A DNA stretch of 64,000 nucleotides from Eledone cirrhosa. Taxonomy: Eukaryota. Shown here in pieces: positions 54,701-64,000 of the stretch. The stretch lies in contig OZ024740.1 of the NCBI GenBank assembly GCA_964016885.1, positions 37,820,001 through 37,884,000 of the forward strand. The letters are read 5' to 3'. Below the pieces are notes generated by a model, which was given only the letters and a program-made list of their open reading frames with translations, had not been told where the DNA came from and searched no databases. The position numbers and the translations under genes are program-made. The stretch's first letter is position 1. Every line of letters starts with the position of its first letter.

Positions 54701-57069
54701 AATGGTCCTATGGTTTATTACACTTAAAAGACAGTATAGTTTGTGACAATACCTAGGTTTAAACAATGGTCCTATGGTTTATTACAGTTAAAAGACAGTA
54801 TAGTTTGTGACAATACCTAGGTTTAAACAATGGTCCTATGGTTTATTACAGTTAAAAGACAGTATAGTTTGTGCCAATACCTAGGTTTAAACAATGGTCC
54901 TATGGTTTATTACAGTTAAAAGACAGTATAGTTTGTGCCAATACCTAGGTTTAAACAATGGTCCTATGGTTTATTACAGTTAAAAGACAGTATAGTTTGT
55001 GCCAATATCTAGGTTTAAACAATGGTCCTATGGTTTATTACAGTTAAAAGACAGTATAGTTTGTGCCAATACCTAGGTTTAAACAATGGTCCTATGGTTT
55101 ATTACAGTTAAAAGACAGTATAGTTTGTGACAATACCTAGGTTTAAACAATGGTCCTATGGTTTATTACACTTAAAAGACAGTATAGTTTGTGACAATAC
55201 CTAGGTTTAAACAATGGTCATATGGTTTATTACAGTTAAAAGACAGTATAGTTTGTGACAATACCTAGGTTTAAACAATGGTCCTATGGTTTATTACAGT
55301 TAAAAGACAATATAGTTTGTGCCAATACCTAGGTTTAAACAATGGTCCTATGGTTTATTACAGTTAGAAGACAGTATAGTTTGTGACAATACCTAGGTTT
55401 AAACAATGGTCCTATGGTTTATTACGGTAAAAAGACAGTATAGTTTGTGACAATACCTAGGTTTAAACAATGGTCCTATGGTTTATTACAGTTAAAAGAC
55501 AGTATAGTTTGTGACAATACCTAGGTTTAAACAATGGTCCTATGGTTTATTACAGTTAAAAGACAGTATAGTTTGTGACAATACCTAGGTTTAAACAATG
55601 GTCCTATGGTTTATTACAGTTAAAAGACAGTATAGTTTGTGACAATACCTAGGTTTAAACAATGGTCCTATGGTTTATTACAGTTAAAAGACAGTATAGT
55701 TTGTGACAATACCTAGGTTTTAACAATGGTCCTATGGTTTATTACAGTTAAAAGACAGTATAGTTTGTGACAATACCTAGGTTTAAACAATGGTCCTATG
55801 GTTTATTACGGTAAAAAGACAGTATAGTTTGTGACAATACCTAGGTTTAAACAATGGTCCTATGGTTTATTACAGTTAAAAGACAGTATAGTTTGTGACA
55901 ATACCTAGGTTTAAACAATGGTCCTATGGTTTATTACAGTTAAAAGACAGTATAGTTTGTGCCAATACCTAGGTTTAAACAATGGTCCTATGGTTTATTA
56001 CAGTTAAAAGACAGTATAGTTTGTGCCGATACCTAGGTTTAAACAATGGTCCTATGGTTTATTACAGTTAAAAGACAGTATAGTTTGTGACAATACCTAG
56101 GTTTAAACAATGGTCCTATGGTTTATTACAGTTAAAAGACAGTATAGTTTGTGCCAATACCTAGGTTTAAACAATGGTCCTATGGTTTATTACAGTTAAA
56201 AGACAGTATAGTTTGTGACAATACCTAGGTTTAAACAATGGTCCTATGGTTTATTACACTTAAAAGACAGTATAGTTTGTGACAATACCTAGGTCTAAAC
56301 AATGGTCCTATGGTTTATTACAGTTAAAAGACAGTATAGTTTGTGACAATACCTAGGTTTAAACAATGGTCCTATGGTTTATTACAGTTAAAAGACAGTA
56401 TAGTTTGTGCCAATACCTAGGTTTAAACAATGGTCCTATGGTTTATTACAGTTAAAAGACAGTATAGTTTGTGACAATACCTAGGTTTAAACAATGGTCC
56501 TATGGTTTATTACAGTTAAAAGACAGTATAGTTTGTGCCAATACCTAGGTTTTAACAATGGTCCTATGGTTTATTACAGTTAAAAGACAGTATAGTTTGT
56601 GACAATACCTAGGTTTAAACAATGGTCCTATGGTTTATTACAGTTAAAAGACAGTATAGTTTGTGACAATACCTAGGTTTTAACAATGGTCTTATGGTTT
56701 ATTACAGTTAAAAGATAGTATAGTTTCTGACAATACCTAGGTTTTAACAATGGTCCTATGGTTTATTACAGTTAAAAGACAGTATAGTTTGTGACAATAT
56801 CTAGGTTTTAACAATGGTCCTATGGTTTATTACAGTTAAAAGACAGTATAGTTTGTGACAATACCTAGGTTTAAACAATGGTCCTATGGTTTATTACAGT
56901 TAAAAGACAGTATAGTTTGTGACAATACCTAGGTTTAAACAATGGTCCTATGGTTTACTAGTTAAAAGACAGTATAGTTTGTGACAATACCTAGGTTTTA
57001 ACAATGGTCCTATGGTTTATTAGTTAAAAGACAGTATAGTTTGTGACTATACCTAGGTTTAAACAATGG

Positions 57070-60000
57070 TCCTATGGTTTATTACAGTTAAAAGACAGTA
57101 TAGTTTGTGACAATACCTAGGTTTAAACAATGGTCCTATGGTTTATTAGTTAAAAGACAGTATAGTTTGTGACAATACCTAGGTTTAAACAATAGTCCTA
57201 TGGTTTATTACGGTAAAAAGACAGTATAGTTTGTGACAATACCTAGGTTTTAACAATGGTCCTATGGTTTATTACAGTTAAAAGACAGTATAGTTTGTGA
57301 CAACACCTGGGTTTAAACAATGGTCCTATGGTTTATTATAGTTAAAAGACAGTATTGTTTGTGCCAATACCTAGGTTTAAACAATGGTCCTATGGTTTAT
57401 TACAGTTAAAAGACAGTATAGTTTGTGACAATACCTAGGTTTAAAAAATGGTCCTATGGTTTATTACAGTTAAAAGACAGTATAGTTTGTGCCAATACCT
57501 AGGTTTAAACAATGGTCCTATGGTTTATTACAGTTAAAAGACAGTATAGTTTGTGACAATACCTAGGTTTAAACAATGGTCCTATGGTTTATTACAGTTA
57601 AAAGACAGTATAGTTTGTGACAATACCTAGGTTTAAACAATGGTCCTATGGTTTATTACAGTTAAAAGAGAGTATAGTTTGTGACAATACCTCGGTTTAA
57701 ACAATGGTCCTATGGTTTATTACAGTTAAAAGACAGTATAGTTTGTGACAATACATAGGTTTTAACAATGGTCCTATGGTTTATTACAGTTAAAAGACAG
57801 TATAGTTTGTGACAATACCTAGGTTTTAACAATGGTCCTATGGTTTATTACAGTTAAAAGACAGTATAGTTTGTGACAATACCTAGGTTTTAACAATGGT
57901 CCTATGGTTTATTAGTTAAAAGACAGTATAGTTTGTGACAATATCTAGGTTTTAACAATGGTCCTATGGTTTATTAGTTAAAAGACAGTATAGTTTGTGA
58001 CAATACCTAGGTTTTAACAATGGTCCTATGGTTTATTAGTTAAAAGACAGTATAGTTTGTGACAATACCTAGGTTTAAACAATGGTCCTATGGTTTATTA
58101 CAGTTAAAAGACAGTATACTTTGTGACAATACCTAGGTTTTAACAATGGCCCTATGGTTTATTACAGTTGAAAGACAGTATAGTTTGTGACAATACCTAG
58201 GTTTAAACAATGGTCCTATGGTTTATTACAGTTAAAAGACAGTATAGTGTGTGACAATACCTAGGTTTAAACAATGGTCTTATGGTTTATTACAGTTAAA
58301 AGACAGTATAATTTGTGACAATACCTAGGTTTAAACAATGGTCCTGTGGTTTATTACAGTTAAAAGACAGTATAGTGTGTGACAATACCTAGGTTTAAAC
58401 AATGGTCCTATGGTTTATTACGGTAAAAAGACAGTATAGTTTGTGACAATACCTAGGTTTTAACAATGGTCCTATGGTTTATTAGTTAAAAGACAGTATA
58501 GTTTGTGACAATACCTAGGTTTAAACAATGGTCCTATGGTTTATTACAGTTAAAAGACAGTATAATTTGTGACAATACCTAGGTTTAAACAATGGTCCTA
58601 TGGTTTATTACAGTTAAAAGAGAGTATAGTTTGTGACAATACCTAGGTTTTAAAATGGTCCTATGGTTTATTAGTTAAAAGACAGTATAGTTTGTGACAA
58701 TACCTAGGTTTAAACAATGGTCCTATGGTTTATTACAGTTAAAAGACAGTATAGTTTGTGACAATACCTAGGTTTTAACGATGGTCCTATGGTTTATTAG
58801 TTAAAAGACAGTATAGTTTGTGACAATACCTAGGTTTAAACAATGGTCCTATGGTTTATTACAGTTAAAAGACAGTATAGTTTGTGCCGATACCTAGGTT
58901 TAAACAATGGTCCTATGGTTTATTACAGTTAAAAGACAGTATAGTTTGTGCCAATACCTAGGTTTAAACAATGGTCCTATGGTTTATTACAGTTAAAAAA
59001 CAGTATAGTTTGTGACAATACCTAGGTTTAAACAATGGTCCTATGGTTTATTACACTTAAAAGACAGTATAGTTTGTGACAATACCTAGGTTTAAACAAT
59101 GGTCCTATGGTTTATTACAGTTAAAAGACAGTATAGTTTGTGACAATACCTAGGTTTAAACAATGGTCCTATGGTTTATTACAGTTAAAAGACAGTATAG
59201 TTTGTGCCAATACCTAGGTTTAAACAATGGTCCTATGGTTTATTACAGTTAAAAGACAGTATAGTTTGTGCCAATACCTAGGTTTAAACAATGGTCCTAT
59301 GGTTTATTACAGTTAAAAGACAGTATAGTTTGTGCCAATATCTAGGTTTAAACAATGGTCCTATGGTTTATTACAGTTAAAAGACAGTATAGTTTGTGCC
59401 AATACCTAGGTTTAAACAATGGTCCTATGGTTTATTACAGTTAAAAGACAGTATAGTTTGTGACAATACCTAGGTTTAAACAATGGTCCTATGGTTTATT
59501 ACACTTAAAAGACAGTATAGTTTGTGACAATACCTAGGTTTAAACAATGGTCATATGGTTTATTACAGTTAAAAGACAGTATAGTTTGTGACAATACCTA
59601 GGTTTAAACAATGGTCCTATGGTTTATTACAGTTAAAAGACAGTATAGTTTGTGCCAATACCTAGGTTTAAACAATGGTCCTATGGTTTATTACAGTTAA
59701 AAGACAGTATAGTTTGTGACAATACCTAGGTTTAAACAATGGTCCTATGGTTTATTACGGTAAAAAGACAGTATAGTTTGTGACAATACCTAGGTTTAGA
59801 CAATGGTCCTATGGTTTATTACAGTTAAAAGACAGTATAGTTTGTGACAATACCTAGGTTTAAACAATGGTCCTATGGTTTATTACAGTTAAAAGACAGT
59901 ATAGTTTGTGACAATACCTAGGTTTAAACAATGGTCCTATGGTTTATTACAGTTAAAAGACAGTATAGTTTGTGACAATACCTAGGTTTAAACAATGGTC

Positions 60001-62290
60001 CTATGGTTTATTACAGTTAAAAGACAGTATAGTTTGTGACAATACCTAGGTTTTAACAATGGTCCTATGGTTTATTACAGTTAAAAGACAGTATAGTTTG
60101 TGACAATACCTAGGTTTAAACAATGGTCCTATGGTTTATTACGGTAAAAAGACAGTATAGTTTGTGACAATACCTAGGTTTAAACAATGGTCCTATGGTT
60201 TATTACAGTTAAAAGACAGTATAGTTTGTGACAATACCTAGGTTTAAACAATGGTCCTATGGTTTATTACAGTTAAAAGACAGTATAGTTTGTGCCAATA
60301 CCTAGGTTTAAACAATGGTCCTATGGTTTATTACAGTTAAAAGACAGTATAGTTTGTGCCGATACCTAGGTTTAAACAATGGTCCTATGGTTTATTACAG
60401 TTAAAAGACAGTATAGTTTGTGCCAATACCTAGGTTTAAACAATGGTCCTATGGTTTATTACAGTTAAAAGACAGTATAGTTTGTGACAATACCTAGGTT
60501 TAAACAATGGTCCTATGGTTTATTACACTTAAAAGACAGTATAGTTTGTGACAATACCTAGGTTTAAACAATGGTCCTATGGTTTATTACAGTTAAAAGA
60601 CAGTATAGTTTGTGACAATACCTAGGTTTAAACAATGGTCCTATGGTTTATTACAGTTAAAAGACAGTATAGTTTGTGCCAATACCTAGGTTTAAACAAT
60701 GGTCCTATGGTTTATTACAGTTAAAAGACAGTATAGTTTGTGACAATACCTAGGTTTAAACAATGGTCCTATGGTTTATTACAGTTAAAAGACAGTATAG
60801 TTTGTGCCAATACCTAGGTTTTAACAATGGTCCTATGGTTTATTACAGTTAAAAGACAGTATAGTTTGTGACAATACCTAGGTTTAAACAATGGTCCTAT
60901 GGTTTATTACAGTTAAAAGACAGTATAGTTTGTGACAATACCTAGGTTTAAACAATGGTCCTATGGTTTATTAGTTAAAAGACAGTATAGTTTGTGACAA
61001 TACCTAGGTTTAAACAATAGTCCTATGGTTTATTACGGTAAAAAGACAGTATAGTTTGTGACAATACCTAGGTTTTAACAATGGTCCTATGGTTTATTAC
61101 AGTTAAAAGACAGTATAGTTTGTGACAACACCTGGGTTTAAACAATGGTCCTATGGTTTATTATAGTTAAAAGACAGTATAGTTTGTGCCAATACCTAGG
61201 TTTAAACAATGGTCCTATGGTTTATTACAGTTAAAAGACAGTATAGTTTGTGACAATACCTAGGTTTAAACAATGGTCCTATGGTTTATTACAGTTAAAA
61301 GACAGTATAGTCTGTGCCAATACCTAGGTTTAAACAATGGTCCTATGGTTTATTACAGTTAAAAGACAGTATAGTTTGTGACAATACCTAGGTTTAAACA
61401 ATGGTCCTATGGTTTATTACAGTTAAAAGACAGTATAGTTTGTGACAATACCTAGGTTTAAACAATGGTCCTATGGTTTATTACAGTTAAAAGAGAGTAT
61501 AGTTTGTGACAATACCTCGGTTTAAACAATGGTCCTATGGTTTATTACAGTTAAAAGACAGTATAGTTTGTGACAATACATAGGTTTTAACAATGGTCCT
61601 ATGGTTTATTACAGTTAAAAGACAGTATAGTTTGTGACAATACCTAGGTTTTAACAATGGTCCTATGGTTTATTACAGTTAAAAGACAGTATAGTTTGTG
61701 ACAATACCTAGGTTTTAACAATGGTCCTATGGTTTATTAGTTAAAAGACAGTATAGTTTGTGACAATATCTAGGTTTTAACAATGGTCCTATGGTTTATT
61801 AGTTAAAAGACAGTATAGTTTGTGACAATACCTAGGTTTTAACAATGGTCCTATGGTTTATTAGTTAAAAGACAGTATAGTTTGTGACAATACCAAGGTT
61901 TAAACAATGGTCCTATGGTTTATTACAGTTAAAAGACAGTATACTTTGTGACAATACCTAGGTTTTAACAATGGCCCTATGGTTTATTACAGTTAAAAGA
62001 CAGTATAGTTTGTGACAATACCTAGGTTTAAACAATGGTCCTATGGTTTATTACAGTTAAAAGACAGTATAGTGTGTGACAATACCTAGGTTTAAACAAT
62101 GGTCTTATGGTTTATTACAGTTAAAAGACAGTATAATTTGTGACAATACCTAGGTTTAAACAATGGTCCTGTGGTTTATTACAGTTAAAAGACAGTATAG
62201 TGTGTGACAATACCTAGGTTTAAACAATGGTCCTATGGTTTATTACGGTAAAAAGACAGTATAGTTTGTGACAATACCTAGGTTTTAACA
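57070..62290 (+). repeat. Diverged duplication of a ~1.4-kb block (about 57070-58460 and 60900-62290), 3825-bp offset (60 monomers)
   Basis: AATAGTCC at 57191/61016, CAACACCTGG at 57301/61126 and GGCCCT at 58148/61973. Offset 3825 = 60x64-15. Confidence 0.87.
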
Positions 62291-64000
62291 ATGGTCCTGT
62301 GGTTTATTACAGTTAAAAGACAGTATAGTTTGTGCCGATACCTAGGTTTAAACAATGGTCCTATGGTTTATTACAGTTAAAAGACAGTATAGTTTGTGCC
62401 AATACCTAGGTTTAAACAATGGTCCTATGGTTTATTACAGTTAAAAGACAGTATAGTTTGTGACAATACCTAGGTTTAAACAATGGTCCTATGGTTTATT
62501 ACACTTAAAAGACAGTATAGTTTGTGACAATACCTAGGTTTAAACAATGGTCATATGGTTTATTACAGTTAAAAGACAGTATAGTTTGTGACAATACCTA
62601 GGTTTAAACAATGGTCCTATGGTTTATTACAGTTAAAAGACAGTATAGTTTGTGCCAATACCTAGGTTTAAACAATGGTCCTATGGTTTATTACAGTTAA
62701 AAGACAGTATAGTTTGTGACAATACCTAGGTTTAAACAATGGGCCTATGGTTTATTACGGTAAAAAGACAGTATAGTTTGTGACAATACCTAGGTTTAAA
62801 CAATGGTCCTATGGTTTATTACAGTTAAAAGACAGTATAGTTTGTGACAATACCTAGGTTTAAACAATGGTCCTATGGTTTATTACAGTTAAAAGACAGT
62901 ATAGTTTGTGACAATACCTAGGTTTAAACAATGGTCCTATGGTTTATTACAGTTAAAAGACAGTATAGTTTGTGACAATACCTAGGTTTAAACAATGGTC
63001 CTATGGTTTATTACAGTTAAAAGACAGTATAGTTTGTGACAATACCTAGGTTTTAACAATGGTCCTATGGTTTATTACAGTTAAAAGACAGTATAGTTTG
63101 TGACAATACCTAGGTTTAAACAATGGTCCTATGGTTTATTACGGTAAAAAGACAGTATAGTTTGTGACAATACCTAGGTTTAAACAATGGTCCTATGGTT
63201 TATTACAGTTAAAAGACAGTATAGTTTGTGACAATACCTAGGTTTAAACAATGGTCCTATGGTTTATTACAGTTAAAAGACAGTATAGTTTGTGCCAATA
63301 CCTAGGTTTAAACAATGGTCCTATGGTTTATTACAGTTAAAAGACAGTATAGTTTGTGCCGATACCTAGGTTTAAACAATGGTCCTATGGTTTATTACAG
63401 TTAAAAGACAGTATAGTTTGTGCCAATACCTAGGTTTAAACAATGGTCCTATGGTTTATTACAGTTAAAAGACAGTATAGTTTGTGACAATACCTAGGTT
63501 TAAACAATGGTCCTATGGTTTATTACACTTAAAAGACAGTATAGTTTGTGACAATACCTAGGTTTAAACAATGGTCCTATGGTTTATTACAGTTAAAAGA
63601 CAGTATAGTTTGTGACAATACCTAGGTTTAAACAATGGTCCTATGGTTTATTACAGTTAAAAGACAGTATAGTTTGTGCCAATACCTAGGTTTAAACAAT
63701 GGTCCTATGGTTTATTACAGTTAAAAGACAGTATAGTTTGTGACAATACCTAGGTTTAAACAATGGTCCTATGGTTTATTACAGTTAAAAGACAGTATAG
63801 TTTGTGCCAATACCTAGGTTTTAACAATGGTCCTATGGTTTATTACAGTTAAAAGACAGTATAGTTTGTGACAATACCTAGGTTTAAACAATGGTCCTAT
63901 GGTTTATTACAGTTAAAAGACAGTATAGTTTGTGACAATACCTAGGTTTAAACAATGGTCCTATGGTTTATTAGTTAAAAGACAGTATAGTTTGTGACAA
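59400..64000 (+). repeat. Duplication of a ~1.6-kb block (about 59400-61000 and 62400-64000), 3000-bp offset (47 monomers)
   Basis: TCATATGG at 59551/62551, GCCGATAC at 60358/63358 and TACACTT at ~60524/~63524. Offset 3000 = 47x64-8. Single private changes occur at ~59799 and ~62743. Confidence 0.87.

Larger units (their letters stand above)
1..64000. repeat. Tandem satellite array, 64-bp monomer, about 1,000 copies, single orientation, extending past both window edges
   Basis: TTATTACAGT recurs at 1, 65, 129 and onward with a 64-bp period through to 64000. Consensus TTATTACAGTTAAAAGACAGTATAGTTTGTGACAATACCTAGGTTTAAACAATGGTCCTATGGT. Only substitutions and 1-2 bp deletions (62/63-bp monomers) were seen, with no non-repeat sequence. 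Confidence 0.99.

Noticed and set aside
1-64000. CRISPR array
   Set aside because: There are no unique spacers: the entire 64-bp unit is repeated. No leader or cas genes are present.
1-64000. Repeat-encoded protein or long ORF
   Set aside because: The + strand has stops in all three frames in each consensus monomer (TAA 11, TAG 23, TGA 30, TAG 40, TAA 46). On the - strand one frame is open within a monomer, but 64 is not a multiple of 3, so it meets a stop in the adjacent monomer. Only very short ORFs are possible under the standard code.
1-64000. tRNA, 5S rRNA or spliced-leader tandem gene array
   Set aside because: The unit is too short for these gene arrays, and I could not recognise a cloverleaf, Pol III A/B boxes or a known RNA sequence. 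Satellite transcription itself cannot be assessed from sequence.
1-64000. Transposon insertion, inversion or array boundary
   Set aside because: None was seen. Every segment read matches the monomer in the same orientation.
1-64000. Pure sequencing artefact, such as a rolling-circle concatemer with random errors
   Set aside because: Variants recur in ordered, hierarchical combinations at whole-monomer offsets, which random error would not produce. The exact copy numbers of the near-identical blocks could still be misassembled.
1-64000. Variant order as a functional code or information-storage system
   Set aside because: The ordered patterns are adequately explained by nested duplication and deletion. 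No associated enzyme genes or other evidence of programmed diversification are present in the window.

Overview
The whole 64,000-bp window is one uninterrupted head-to-tail tandem array of about 1,000 copies of a 64-bp AT-rich (20/64 = 31% GC) monomer. The consensus, phased from position 1, is TTATTACAGTTAAAAGACAGTATAGTTTGTGACAATACCTAGGTTTAAACAATGGTCCTATGGT. I saw no genes, RNA genes, mobile-element insertions, CRISPR spacers, strand inversions or array edges. Most monomers match the consensus or differ by 1-3 changes. The information lies in the order of the variant monomers. Rare variants act as markers and show nested higher-order duplications with measured periods of 703, 4459/2926, 1339/1277, 1783, 3689, 1971, 1020/894, 3819, 3069, 3825 and 3000 bp, each a whole number of monomers minus small deletions. 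Two multi-monomer variant cassettes are reused across the window. This organisation is typical of eukaryotic satellite DNA, possibly centromeric or pericentromeric, but neither organism nor function can be established from the sequence. I did not find a new gene-encoded system. Offsets were read by eye from marker variants, and block boundaries are approximate (about +/-1-3 monomers).
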